A stretch of 63,814 bases of DNA, filler included, from Olpidium bornovanus S191 (lineage: Eukaryota > Fungi > Olpidiomycota): assembly GCA_017911155.1 (NCBI GenBank). It is 30 parts of 30 records of this genome, joined end to end, with 100 filler letters (N's around TTAATTAATTAA, not from the genome) between each part and the next. Parts side by side here need not be neighbours in the genome. Positions count along the whole stretch, not along the records: positions 46,292 to 49,970 come from JAEFCI010005065.1; positions 50,071 to 51,961 come from JAEFCI010010033.1; positions 52,062 to 53,988 come from JAEFCI010005514.1; positions 54,089 to 55,743 come from JAEFCI010008461.1; positions 55,844 to 58,234 come from JAEFCI010005036.1; positions 58,335 to 60,468 come from JAEFCI010003537.1; 24 more parts are not named here. One strand, written 5' to 3'. Numbering within the stretch: the stretch's first letter is position 1; each line of letters starts with the position of its first letter. Below, one piece after another: positions 46,681 through 59,400 of the stretch. The notes under the pieces are model-generated. The model was given only the letters and a program-made list of their open reading frames with translations. It was not told the DNA's origin and did not search any database. The position numbers were made by a program, and so were the translations under genes.

Positions 46681-48881
46681 ATGACGACCATCGACACAGG
46701 GACGGGCGCGGCCTACCTTGCGCTGGGCGCCATGGCCGTCGTGCCGATCTATTACGGCTCGTGGGGAAGCCTCAAAGGGCTCAAGGTGTGTGCGTGTGTG
46801 CGTGCGTATGTGTGTGTGTTTGCGTACGTGCGTGCGTGCTGCGTACGTCTGTCTCGGGGAGGGAGGAAGGGAAAGCCGACGTTGGGGGGCCCCCGGCAGA
46901 CAGCCGAGGGTGGGAGGAGCCTGGCCAGACTCGGAGCGGGTAGAAAGGGGCGGGGCGGATTTCGGGGAGGGAAGAGAACCCACCGAGCTTTTCTGCAACG
47001 GGGGGCCGGGGCGGAGTGCAGCCCCCGCCGCTGTCTGCGGTTACCCCGCTGTGGGGGAAGGGGTTGGTTTGCCTTTAGAGCGATCCAGAACGTGGGGAAG
47101 GGGTGGGGAGGGGGCAGTCTCGCGTCTTAACCGCTCGAGCCAAAGGAGAGAGGTTTAGACAGACGGGGTTTGCAGAGCGCCCCCGTCCATCCCCCCGCTT
47201 TTTGACCTCATACCTCTCGGGCATCCGACCCTCCGAACCCCACGATTACCTCCCCGTTACGCTAACTTTCTTTTTCACCCTCAGTCCAAGGCCGCGGAGA
47301 AGGTCACCAAGGGCGGGGAATACGTCAGCTCTTCGTCCGAGGAGGATAGCGAAACTCTGCGATCGGAGGACGCCTACTGGTTCCCCGTCATCGGGTCATG
47401 CGTTCTGTTCGGGACGTACCTGATTTTTAAGTTTCTCGACCCTTACTACTTCAACATGCTCCTTGCCGCCTACTTTTCGACCCTGGGGACGGCCGCCCTG
47501 ACCAAGGTCTCCGTGGCGACACTCAGGGGTTTGTCGGGCGTTCGCCCGGCAAACTTCAAGGTCGTGGTCACCAAGCGGGCAAAGGGTGCGTGGGAGAGCG
47601 TTCGATGGGACGACTGCGCGCGCGCGATATGTCGCATCACGTACGGAAAGAAATTTTGAGGGGAGACTAACGAAGGTCACGTTTGGTTGGTTTTTTTTTG
47701 GTTGGGAGGGAGGGGGGGGGGGGGGGACGGTTTTATTTCCGCTGCCCGGAGAGCGACCGCGTTTGTTTTTCCCGCTTTTTTGAGGTCCTGGGCCGCGCAC
47801 TGCTCTCTCACGCTGCCGTTTACCCCATCGCTCACCCCCTTCCTGATCTTTTTTTTTGTGCCGCTGCAGAGCTTCTTACTTTTCGCTTTTCGTACCTGCA
47901 CGTCGCGATGTCGATCATCTCGATACTTTTTAACGGCTACTACGTCTATTCGGAAAACTGGGCTGCATGCAATGTGCTCGGCCTGGCCTTCAGCGTCAAC
48001 GCCATCCAGTTGCTTGCGCTAGACTCTTTCTCGACGGGAATGATCCTCTTGAGTGGCCTATTCGTTTACGACGTCTTTTGGGTGTTCGGCACAGAGGTCA
48101 TGGTGACAGTCGCAAGGAAATTCAACGGGCCCATCAAGGTCGTGTTCCCGAGGGACTTCGCGGCGGAAAAATGGCAGTTTGCGATGCTCGGTCTCGGGGA
48201 CATCGTTATTCCTGGTAGGAGTCTTTTCACTGCGTTGGCAAAATTTGTGTCGGCGGACTTTGCTCGGCCCCCCCCGCCGCTAAAAAGGTACATGTGGCGC
48301 CAGGCATTTTTGTCGCATTGTGCCTTCGCTTCGATTACCACCTGGCCCTGAAGCGCCTGCAGAACGAGATCCCGGCGGGGGCAGCCAAGCACTACCGGTT
48401 CCCACGACCGTACTTCACATCGTGCTTTGCGGCATACGTTGCGGGCCTGGTGGTCACGGTGGTGGTGATGCACGTGACGCAGGCAGCGCAGCCGGCGCTG
48501 CTGTACCTCTCGCCAGCCTGCATCCTCTCCGTCCTCATTGCTGGAACCGTTCGCGGCGAGCTTAAGGAGGTGTGGGATTACTCGGCTACAGTCAAGCTGG
48601 CCGAGGACGACAAGGAACTCGAGGAAAAGGCGCGACAGACCGAGGAAATCTCCGTCTCGGCGCGCGCAACGGGGTCCTCGCAATTTGCTGCTGAGGCGAC
48701 CAGGAGGATCGTCGGCCAGAACTCCGAGTCGGCGATGTCGGCGAGGCCGACTGCGTTTTCGACCGACGACGACGGGGACGCCAGCGCCATTGCCGGCGAC
48801 ACCGAGTCCACTTCGTCGTCGCCTTCCCGCAAAAAGAAGAAGAGGAAGCCTAAGAAATTCCAAGAGACCGGAAGCTCTTAG
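46681..48881 (+). CDS. SPP (HM13): Signal peptide peptidase (A22B intramembrane aspartyl protease), complete, 4 exons
   Basis: Catalytic LFVYDVFWVF, LGLGDIVIPG and QPALLY motifs; N-terminal DAYWFPVIGS; GT-AG introns; stop at 48881. Confidence 0.96.
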
Positions 48882-49181
48882 CCTTTTTTTTTTCGTTTTT
48901 GTTTTCGGCGGAATAAATGTGCGGGCTATGGTGCTTCCTGGCCGCTTTGCACTTTCTTTCCGTTTTGTTTTCCCTTTTGTTGCTTTAAATGGAAGTCGTT
49001 GGCCATATGTGCGCTCCGGTGCACGCGGGTGCAATGCCCGTCTGGTCGCCCTGTTGGTTTTTGGTTTTTGGTGCGTGTGGGAGACGCGTTTATTCAGGGT
49101 AAAAGTAGGATATATATAGTACATAGAAATTGACACAGAGAAATCGACACTTAATACTCCTTGTTGAAAACGGTGGGGTTG

Positions 49182-49570
49182 TTATGAACGCGACCGAGTG
49201 AAGCAACACATGCAGTGAATCTGGGCTTTGGGAGACTTAGTAAAAGTGTCAGTGACGTTTGCGGTAGTAGTGATGGGAATAATGGAAATTTGACCATAAG
49301 TAACTCGGTCGCGATTGAATAAACGACGCACGTTGATATGCTTAGTACGAAAATTGTGAGTCACATGACTAGCCAATTCAATTACTGCACGATGGTCAAC
49401 GAAGATATTGGTGGCTGATTGAGGACTGTGTAATATGGTGACGATTTGGCATAGCCAAATAATTTCTTGAGTAGTCGCTGAAGCAGCAACTAATTCTGCT
49501 TCACTCGAAGAAAGTGTTGTGCATGATTGTTTAGCTGATTTCCAATGGACAAGACCGCCGGGTATGTGCT
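49182..49570 (-). mobile_element. Degenerate AT-shifted Ty1/copia RNase H fragment
   Basis: GGLVHWKSAKQSCTTLSSSEAELVAAS...EIIWL...RTKHINVR...NVTDTFTK. Confidence 0.88.
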
Positions 49571-49574
49571 TTCG

Positions 49575-49690
49575 CATGCCCGGCGTTGGAAGCACCGAGG
49601 CTTGGCAGCATGGCCAATCATGAACGGCTCAAGCTTCTTTGATCCATCTGCATTGGCTGTAAGAGCTGGAGTCAAGCGTGTCTGCAAAAC
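49575..49690 (-). mobile_element. pogo/Tigger-type DDE_1 transposase fragment
   Basis: RLTPALTANADGSKKLEPFMIGHAAKPRCF matches the DDE_1 pattern RxTxxLxxNxDGSxKLxPxxIGxxxxPRCF. Confidence 0.8.
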
Positions 49691-50083
49691 ACATGATCAG
49701 TACGGGTCACATCAAACACGTGCAGATATCTTGTAGTGAGACGTCGAAGGGAGGAAGGAAGTCGGAGTCTATTCAGGTGTGCTTGGGGGGCCGACTGGCT
49801 ATATAGGTACAGGTCACGTGCCAGTCGACGTCGAGGGGCACACTACAATCCCCCCCCCTCTACGGAGACGCGCGTCCCCGCGCGGTATCAATCGATGGGG
49901 GACAGAACGACAACAGAGGGCGGTCGACGAGGGGACGAGCAAGGAAAGAGAGAAAAGAGAAAAAAATGGANNNNNNNNNNNNNNNNNNNNNNNNNNNNNN
50001 NNNNNNNNNNNNNNTTAATTAATTAANNNNNNNNNNNNNNNNNNNNNNNNNNNNNNNNNNNNNNNNNNNNACTGAGCTCCAAA

Positions 50084-50173
<90 letters not shown>

Positions 50174-50232
50174 AGAATTTATTTATTTATTTACTTTTTC
50201 CTCGTTTGTTTTCTGTGCGGCGGGTTTCTCTG

Positions 50233-50264
<32 letters not shown>

Positions 50265-50405
50265 GGGGGGGGGGGGGGGGGGAAGGGGGGGGAAAGGTGA
50301 TGTACAAACGGAGGCGGACGTTAATTCGGCTTTCGTTTAATCTACTTTGCTCATTTCACGCAGCCGGAAGGCCCCTTTCCCTTTCCCCCCACTCCCGACA
50401 TGTTT

Positions 50406-51801
50406 TCACTTGTTCCGCAGAGCCGCCAACCGCTGAGACAGATGGTCCTGCTCCTGAACCTGGACCTCGACGACGGGCGTCGTCGATGGTGCGAGGCCCA
50501 TCTCGTGCTTAAGCTCGAGCCCGTGCTCGTCGGCCACCTGCTGCATCAGCGTCTCCACCTCGTCCTGCGGGGTCGTCAGCGTCGTCGCGCCGCCCATCGC
50601 GTTCTCCATGTAACCCGTCTGAACGTCAAGGTCCTCGAACTGGCCCTCGAACTTATCCATCACCAACGATATCTGTGCAAGATTTTTTTTTTCGGTGCGG
50701 AAAAAAACGACGTGCCGGCAGCTCTTTTTAGGGGACGTGCAAATTCGTATTTTTTTCTTCTGGTCTTCCCTTTGCGGAAATGGGCCCGTCACGCACCTGC
50801 TCCAAGTTCATCGACTCCATGGCTTTGTCCATGCCCTTCACCACGCCGGCCATTGATGATGTGACCTAAGGGAGGCAAGTCCGCGAGAAGTGAGAAAAAA
50901 CGCGTTCCAGGAGACCGAGGCTCCGGTTACAGACAACCGAAGGAAAAATCCAACGCGATATGTTGCAAGATCTCCGGCGCCCGAACCAATCAGTGTGGAG
51001 GGCCTTGAGCCCGGCGCCCGGGCCAATATTTGCGCAGGGCGCCCTTTTTCTTTTTCTCTTACCTTCCGCATTGTCACCGCTGTCTGCACCCTGCTCGAGA
51101 CCGCGTCTATCCGCGACGATAACCGGAGAAGGTTCAGCGATTCGTTCTTCTTCCGGATGGCGTTTGCGGCATAGATGCGCGCGCCTTCGCTGTTCCCTTG
51201 CTGGATGGCCTGGGTGTCGCGCGGAAAGGCAAAAGCGCAGAAAAATTGAAAAGCCGGCCGGGTCGGGGGGAATACCGACCACGGCCCCCGCACACGCACT
51301 CTCTCTCGCGACACACCGACCTTCTTCAGCTTCGTCTTTTCCACCGCCTCATCCTTGGTGCACTTTTTCGCCTGCCGTTGCAGAGCCTTTGCAGTGAACT
51401 GAGGCCAAGGATATTTGTGCGATGAATATTGCGGACGTCCGAGAATGCGATCGGCGTCTTAACGGAGTGCAGAGGCTTTTGCGGAAATACGCGATCTCGC
51501 GCCCTTGCCGTAAAACCGGGGAGAAACCAGCACCCTTTTACGCCGCCCGGTTCGACGAGCGCCGGGGCACAACCCCCCGAAGCAAATTTTGCCGACGCCG
51601 CCTCCCGAAACCAATGAGATCTGGGTGTCTCTCTCTCTCTCTCTAGTTCTCTCTCTCTTTTTCTCTCTCTCTCCCTCTCTCTCTCTGTGTCTCTCGCTTT
51701 CTTCTCTCTCCGTCCCTCTTTCAACGGGCGTTCCTCTTTTCGTCGCGCGCGACTCGAGCCAGCATGCGAATGGAGGTTTACCTTCAGCTGAAAGAGCGAC
51801 T
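50406..51801 (-). CDS. DID2 (CHMP1): ESCRT-III subunit Did2/CHMP1, start exon missing, 5 exons visible
   Basis: Exons encode [74 protein letters not shown] and [17 protein letters not shown]...[11 protein letters not shown] (MIM1-type end). Confidence 0.95.
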
Positions 51802-52249
51802 CTGTTCAACAGGGCGGAAGGGGGGCGGGGTGGAGTGGGGTAAACCGCCCGGGAAGCGAGCGGGCGGGCGGAACAAAGCGACACGGCAGCCGGCGGACGG
51901 AACGACGAGGACACGGGGGGGATCTCTCGCTAGTAAGCAACGTTTTTTTTTTGCCTACAGGNNNNNNNNNNNNNNNNNNNNNNNNNNNNNNNNNNNNNNN
52001 NNNNNTTAATTAATTAANNNNNNNNNNNNNNNNNNNNNNNNNNNNNNNNNNNNNNNNNNNNCATGGGCCTGAAAGCGGGATGCTGGATGATGCGCATCTT
52101 CACCGATTCGTTTTTCCGCTTTGCGGCTACAGCAGCGGGAAAAAAGAAAGAAATAAAAGGCGATTAAAAAGACTGGCGCTCAGAAACCGAAAACAAAAAT
52201 GTCGTTTCACCCGGGGACAATTCTTCCCGAAAGTGATTTTTGCAGAAGA

Positions 52250-53860
52250 GACACTCCCCTTCCGCATTCATCATCTGCTCTTCTACAAATTCGTCAAAGT
52301 ACTTGTCGCGCTGTGTCATTGATATCGGGTCGCCGGAGTGGACTTCGCTGGGTTTGCAGCTCAGCTCGACGAGGTACCTTGCCTTGTCAACGTTGACGAT
52401 CTGACAGTGGATGGTCTGCCCAACCTGGAGCACGTCCGACGCCCGGTCGACGGGGCGGTCTGACATCCTCTGGATCGGTATGAATCCGTCGAGACCATTA
52501 TCCAGGCGCGCAGAAGCGGAGCGGTCCCGGACCTTGGTAATCACAACGGGGATCATGGAACCCGGGCGGAGCGTGCGGTCCGTCTCGCCCGTGACCAGGG
52601 TGAACGTCTCGTCTAACGTCGGATCCGGGTAGGCAAGCCGCGCGTCCTTGTAGGGTGCACGCAACTCGTGGCGGATGTGTATCAGCAGCATTCGCTTCCG
52701 TGAACCCGTCTCCTTCTCCAGCCGGTCCGCGTAAGCGTCCAAGTCCAGCGAGTCCAGCTTCTCCGCCTCGTCACCCTTCGTCAACCGCAGGACCAGCCTC
52801 GCCATGTGCTCGTCGTCCAAGTCTTCCGGGTCGACATCTAGCGCCCCTGCCGCAATTTTCTTTGCCAGATTGTAGTCCGCCGGGTGTATCCTTGTGTCAT
52901 CCAGGATCTGCACGAAAGGCCGGATCCGCAGGAAGCTTGCGCAGTTCATGAAGACGGACCTGCCCATCAGCTTGTTCGAGGCGAGCTCGGTCCGCAGCTC
53001 CATCGGCCCACTCTAGAAACCGCCTGTCAGCTCACACAGCACTTTATTGGTCAAGGAACAAATGTCCATCACTTGCCAAGAGAGACATACCCAAGTGCGA
53101 AGCTTGTTCAACAGGGCATGAGCTTTTCTTGGACCCAGCCCGCAGACATACTTAAGCGTGTGACTCTTATAAGTGTTTTTGATGGCTTCATTTATGTCGA
53201 CCCCGATTTGGTTAACCACGTTGATTAAAGCGCGCTGCAAGTACTTCATGAGCATCTCCTCCGGTATCTAAGGCGTCAAAACAGACGGTAGGTTTGGGTC
53301 ATATACTAAGTCTTCTCGCAGCGAGCCGAACATACACTCCGGTCACCTACCAGATTCTGTTGCGGATGGTGCTTGATGTGCAGGATGTCCTTACCGAGCG
53401 CCGCGTACTCGTGTACGGGACTCTGTAGGCGTCTCGCCAGGGCGACGCAGTACCTCATCAGGGGTGGCATGCTTCGGAACTCCTCAACCGCCCGCTTGGA
53501 GTTGTAGTAAAGCCTCGCTACCTCGTCATTCACTACGATGATCTTCGGGTTGAAGGACAACGAACCTTTGGCCCTTCCCTCTACCACTGCGGCATTGGTG
53601 TGCTCCAGCAGGCGACGGGTCGCGACGGCATGCAACCCGGCAATCGCGATCACATCCGGTTTGCAGGCTTCGGCGAACTCCAGGAATTCCTCCATGTGCT
53701 CCGCTGCCCTTAAGTTGTTCACTTTCAAGGTTTTCTTCACTCGCCCGTCCGGCTCCATGAAGATCATGTTGACAGCGTCCTTCTGCTGATCGCCGCTACC
53801 CCACGTCATGGCCAAGACGCGTGGCAGCGCGTCGGGCTCCATTTCGCGCGTCCGAAACGG
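52250..53860 (-). CDS. SPT6: Transcription elongation factor Spt6, internal fragment (YqgF, HHH, S1)
   Basis: KPDVIAIAG, VNDEVARLY, RYCVALARRLQSP, GVDINEAI, YVCGLGPRKA, VFMNCASFLRI, LDDTRIHPADY, ELRAPYKDAR and S1 motif LDNGLDGFI. Confidence 0.96.
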
Positions 53861-53905
53861 CGTTACGTTGAGTTTCTTTCCCAAAAAAATAAACAGGGGC
53901 GGGAG

Positions 53906-53978
<73 letters not shown>

Positions 53979-54088
53979 GGGGCGTCCCNNNNNNNNNNNN
54001 NNNNNNNNNNNNNNNNNNNNNNNNNNNNNNNNTTAATTAATTAANNNNNNNNNNNNNNNNNNNNNNNNNNNNNNNNNNNNNNNNNNNN

Positions 54089-54209
54089 AATTCTGCAGGA
54101 GAAACCCCGACCGGCTGAGCGGACTGGACGTGGACAGCTACATGAAAGTTACACCAGGACTTGAGCCTGCATCACGAATTCTGCAGGAGAAACCCCGACC
54201 GGCTGAGCG
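54089..54209. repeat. 33-bp direct repeat, 88-nt period
   Basis: aattctgcaggagaaaccccgaccggctgagcg at 54089-54121 and 54177-54209, at a contig start. Confidence 0.95.
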
Positions 54210-55335
54210 CGCCGACGTGGTGTCAAAGTCCTGCGTGCGATTTACGGCCTGAAACAGTCTGCCAGAAAGTGGTTTCAGCAGCTGTGTGACTACCTAATCA
54301 AACATGATACACCGCAAATGAGATCTTACCATGTGTTTTCGTTAAGCGCTTTTTCACAGGATTCGTGATCATCGGCATATACGTTGACGATCTGAACACT
54401 TTTGGCACAGCCGATGCAATCTCCGAGACAGAAACTCTCCTCGAGCGCGAGTTCGAAACGAAGAAGCTCCGCCGTGCCGATTTTTGTCTTGGGACTCAAT
54501 TCTCACTCGTTGCGCAGCGTTTGGCCTCCAACTGGAGCAACTTTCCGGAGGCGTGCTAGTTCACCAGGCGACGTACACGAGGCGGGTCCTGCGCCGGTTT
54601 TAACATCCACAATTCTTACCCTGTTCCGTCTCCCATGGTTCGCGGACAGTTGGACCCTCCCGACAAGGACGTGTTCCGACCTCGCGAGGAGGAGGAGGAG
54701 CCACTGGGACCAGAGACGCCATACCTCGCTGCGGTTGGGGCACCTCATGTACCTGGCCAAGTGCACAAGGGCCGACATCGCGTTCGCCGACACCCTCCCT
54801 TGCCCGCCATAGTGCACACCCTACGAAACGGCGTTGGAAAGGTGTACAACGCGTCTTGCGGTACCTGCCGCGGAACCGCTGGACATGGGATTTTATTACC
54901 GGCGGGACGCAGACCCGCGCATCATCAGCTACGCTGATGCGGGCTACACGACAGACCCCCACAAAGCTAAGTCACAGAATGGCTATGTGTGCATGTGTCA
55001 AGGGGGCTGCAGTTTCATGGCGCTCAACCAAACAGACCCTGACGGCAACCTCGACCAACCACGCAGAAGCTCTAGCCCTCCATGAGGAGTCCCGCGAGGC
55101 CGTCTGGTTACGTTCCGTCCACAAGCACGTATGGACTTCCTGCGGGTTGCCCGTATGGCGGTCCGCCGACTCCCGTCTACGAGGACAACGCGGCGTGCGG
55201 TCGCACATATGCACGATGGCTTTGCTAAGGGGAATCGGATCAAGCACGTTGCTCCGAAGTTCTTCTTCTGTACCCGTTAGCTGGTTGGAACAGAGATCGA
55301 GCTCCATAAGGTCCGCTCTAACAAGAACCTGGCTG
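54115..55335 (+). mobile_element. Degenerate Ty1/copia RT-RNase H, Bianca-like signatures
   Basis: LDVDSYMK, IYGLKQSARKW, IIGIYVDDLNTFGT, FRPREEEEEPLGPETPYLAAVGA, YADAGY..DPHKAKSQNGY, SWRSTKQTLTATSTNHAE, YEDNAAC and RIKHVAPKFFF, with many frameshifts. Confidence 0.92.
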
Positions 55336-55603
55336 ATCTCTCGCGCACGGCCCGAAACGGCATCCAGCGCGCCGCAAAGCCCTCGATCTGAGAGTCACAC
55401 AAAGCGCCTCGCCGAAATGATCGGCACGCGTCGACTCCGACTGGTCGAACGCACCTAGTGCCAAGCTCGCTCGCAAATCAACGAGCAACCCTTTTTGCCC
55501 ACCCACGACGGCGCCGCCTTCTTTTTTTTTTTTTTTTTTTTTTTTTGTTTTTTTTTCCCACTGGGGTTTTTTCGCACACACCTGGAAGCAGAAAGGGGCT
55601 GTA

Positions 55604-55641
<38 letters not shown>

Positions 55642-55684
55642 CCCCCCGGGGTTTTTTTCCCCCCCCCCGGGAACAAAAAGGGGC

Positions 55685-55730
<46 letters not shown>

Positions 55731-56344
55731 CGCCCGGCGTGGTNNNNNNNNNNNNNNNNNNNNNNNNNNNNNNNNNNNNNNNNNNNNTTAATTAATTAAN
55801 NNNNNNNNNNNNNNNNNNNNNNNNNNNNNNNNNNNNNNNNNNNCATGAATTCCCTTGAGATCTCAAAAGACACTTCGTTCCCGAGAGGGCGACTTATGTG
55901 GGAGTGTACCGTGACTCGGTCCTTACTTGACACCGTCTCCTTACACAAATCAAAACAAAAACCAAAGATAAAAGGAACCGCATGAAAACCCCCGGAAGCG
56001 GGAAAGAAACCTTTGTCCCAAGTAACCTCGCCACCCTCCCTTCCACACGACGGGCGTTCAGCCCCCCCCAACCCGTTTGTCGTCGTTGTTGTTCTGCTGT
56101 CGTTCGCCGCAAGAGGCGGCCATCCCGTGGTGGGGCGACCTTTTCTTTGCCCGCCGCTGTTCTGCCCCCCCCCGACGCCCGTTGGCGGCGCGCAGTGCAC
56201 AGTCGTATGGACCGCTGGAGCTGTCGAGGTCTCTCTGTTGCGCGGAGGCGCTTGGCCGCCTCGTGCGGTAATGCCGCCGTCGGAACTTCCCACCCCCGGC
56301 GCCGTCGCCAAGTCCTTCCTCCTGGTCCCCGGACCCTGCCGTCG

Positions 56345-58234
56345 ATGATGTTTGCCGTTGCCCCGCGGTTCCTGTTCTGCCGGCGCTCGTCGTTGTTGGC
56401 CGCGCCAGCAACCTCGCGGTGGTATTCCACGCCGGCCGGCGTTAGAAGTGTCCCGCTGCTACAAGAGCTGCGTGCGCGAGGGCTGGTGGCCGAAGTTACT
56501 AGGTGACTCACTGCGGCCGGAAGGCGTTTTGTCGGTCGGAACGCCTTTAAGAGGTGGCACGTTTCACTTATCGCTGGCCTGAATAGCGAAGGTCTGGCGA
56601 AACAGCTGCAGTCTCCCACGGTTCTGTACACGGGTTTCGACCCTACTGCCACGTCGTTGCACGTCGGCAACCTTATAACCTTGCTGGGGCTGTTGCACTT
56701 TCACCTCCGCGGTCACAAAGTCATCGTCGTGGTATGTGACCGGCCGCCGTGCGTTGGTGAAGCGGCCGGCCAGATTTTGCTACTCACGGCGCACCGTTCC
56801 TAAAGGTCGGCGGCGCCACCGGCTCCATCGGCGACCCGAGCGGCCGGAGCTCGGAGCGCAACGCACTTTCGAGGGAAGTCCTTGAGAGAAATGTGGATTG
56901 CATTCGCAGCCAATTGGATAAGCTTCTCAGCACGGCGGCGGTGTACGCGGCGAATCGGCCCGCGGGAAGGCAGCGGGACGACGCGGACTCAAAAGTTGAT
57001 GCCAAACCAGTGGTCCTGAACAACCTAGACTGGTTTGCCTCGATTCCGGTGCTGGACTTCCTGGGCGGAATCGGACGGCATGCCCGAATCAATTCGATGC
57101 TAGACAGGGAAAGCGTCAAGACAAGGCTGGACTCTCTTCAGGGCATGAGCTTCACTGAGTTCTCTTACCAGCTGCTGCAGGCCTATGATTTTTGGCATCT
57201 ACACAAGACCTACGGTTGCATCCTACAGGTACCATGCATTCTTGCCGGTAACGGAGAACAGCCCTCGTGGAGTTGTCGCGGTGTAAGAATGCACGTCTGT
57301 TTGCTGCAAATTAATTACGGCTGCTTTTTACGTGCAGCTCGGTGGCTCTGACCAATGGGGCAATATAAACGCGGGAAGGGACCTCATCCATCGGAAATAT
57401 GTGGAGGAGGGCACTGCGGATCGGGCCGAACGAGAGCCGGAGATTTTTGGCCTTACTATTCCCTTGTTGACAACGTCGTCCGGAGAGAAGTTTGGCAAAA
57501 GTGCCGGGAATGCGGTGTGGCTGGACGAACAGCAGACTTCCGTCTATGATTTCTACCAGGTGCGCGCCAAACGAACTTCCTGATGCGTAGCGCTTGCGGT
57601 AAACCTCTGGGACTGACAGTTTAGTTGTTTTACATTAGTTTTTCATGCACACAAAAGATGCAGACCTTCTACGATACCTTAAAATGTTCACGTTGCTTTC
57701 TGTGGAGGAATGTCAAGAAGTTTACGAGGCGCACATGGTGAATGCAGGAATAAAAATGTCTTTGTTCATGAATTTCAGTTGCCTTTTGTTTTCGATCCCC
57801 GACGCGATGCGCCGCTGAATGCATTGTTTTCTCCAATCTGTTTTATCTGTTTTTCTAATCCCGGACGGCCTGCCAAGGCAAATGCAGATCAGCGCATAGG
57901 GCCAACGCGTCTGGCGTCAGAAGTCACCGAACTGGTGCATGGCAGTAAGTTACATTTTCACACATGTGTGAACGCCACCGCGTATATGCATCGGTAAGGG
58001 GGAGTTTTGTTCCCTGATACGCCTTGCCCGAAAGCCGACGGACTGCGCCGTGCCCAGACGGCAACCCAGGTCCTTTTTCCACCGAAGTCGAAGTCCCAGG
58101 ACGACGCTAGTTACATGACATCTCTTAAGGCGGTTGATGTTCTGGCGGCGTTCAAGGGGGATCCGCGTCTCCGGCAGCTGCCTTCCTCGCAAGTCCGCAA
58201 CCAACCACTCGTTAACGTTGCTGCCGCTGCCGGG
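56345..58234 (+). CDS. MSY1 (YARS2): Mitochondrial tyrosyl-tRNA synthetase, 3'-truncated, multi-exon
   Basis: Arg/Ser-rich presequence ending in RWYS; [15 protein letters not shown] (HIGH), [38 protein letters not shown] and [14 protein letters not shown] (KMSKS). Confidence 0.96.
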
Positions 58235-59091
58235 NNNNNNNNNNNNNNNNNNNNNNNNNNNNNNNNNNNNNNNNNNNNTTAATTAATTAANNNNNNNNNN
58301 NNNNNNNNNNNNNNNNNNNNNNNNNNNNNNNNNNAAGTTAACCGGTTCATTACTTGCGTTTTTGAATAGCACCGTGTTGCGCCGCCGGCGAAGCGCGCAA
58401 CGGCCGTCGCCGTTTGCGAATCACCCTGTCTCTCGTCACTTTTTTGCTCGTCATGCTCTGCCGGTCATTCGACGTCGCCGCTTGAGCCTGGTGTTGCGGG
58501 CTTATAGCTATGTTTTGTCCTGCGCATACTACACATCCAGAGCCGGCCGGCGGCCGGCGGCATTTCCGGCTCCCTTATATTGCAAGGGACAGGCCTGCAA
58601 AGGGACACTCGGGAAGATGGGGGGACGCGCGAAAAGGAAGAGCTTGCGGGAAACCTTTTGACGATCTGATGATACCCATGTTACATGTCCGGCAGTTTGT
58701 TGCGTCGAACGAAGGATCTGACCCAGGAGCCGGGAGGGATCCCGACAAACATTCCATGCGGCTGCTTTGGTCGAGTTGTCCGGGATACCTTGGATGTGGC
58801 AAAAGCGTTCATATTTCGCCAAGAAAAAACAGCGGGGCCTGTTTACGCGACGCCAAACGCTCGACGGTGAGGCCCGCGAAGGCGTTTGCGGGACTAGGGG
58901 ACGAAAGCTGCAGGTGAGCTTGGCTCTAATGCGTGTGCAAATTGTATTGTTCCGGTGCGCCCTGTACAGACTGAATCAGAAAAAAAAAACCCCGAAGATG
59001 TTTTGCACAGGGGGGTCACAAGTGTCTCCGGGATGAAGATGAGGACGCCTGGACATAAATGGTGCATTGACCTTAGACTTAACCAATAAAG

Positions 59092-59400
59092 TGTCACAAA
59101 TCACACATTCCCGATTTGTGATGAGGGCGCGCCGGGGCTACGCCGGGGCTGCCCCCCACAGGGCCCCCCAGCTGCGCCCCACAGGACCACCCGGTCACCC
59201 CCCAGGGCCACCCACAACTCCCCTGACAGCAGTCTAGTAATTCCCCCACCCGGCAGCCACCCGGCTGCTGTATAAATAGCAGCCCTCCCTTCTCTAGCCA
59301 GGAACTTTCCCCAACAAACAAACAAACACAACAAAAGCCTAACAGGCAAAAGAGCCTCCCCAACTTAGAGCTTGCAACCTATACCACAACTGAAACCACA
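59092..59400 (+). mobile_element. Possible solo LTR
   Basis: Begins TGTCACA, has a TATAAATA box near 59271 and an A/C-rich 3' part ending ...ACCACA. No target-site duplication was found. Confidence 0.4.

Noticed and set aside
58660-58735. C/D-box snoRNA (TGATGA ... CTGA)
   Set aside because: The C box lacks the leading purine, there is no convincing terminal stem, and no rRNA-complementary guide was recognised.
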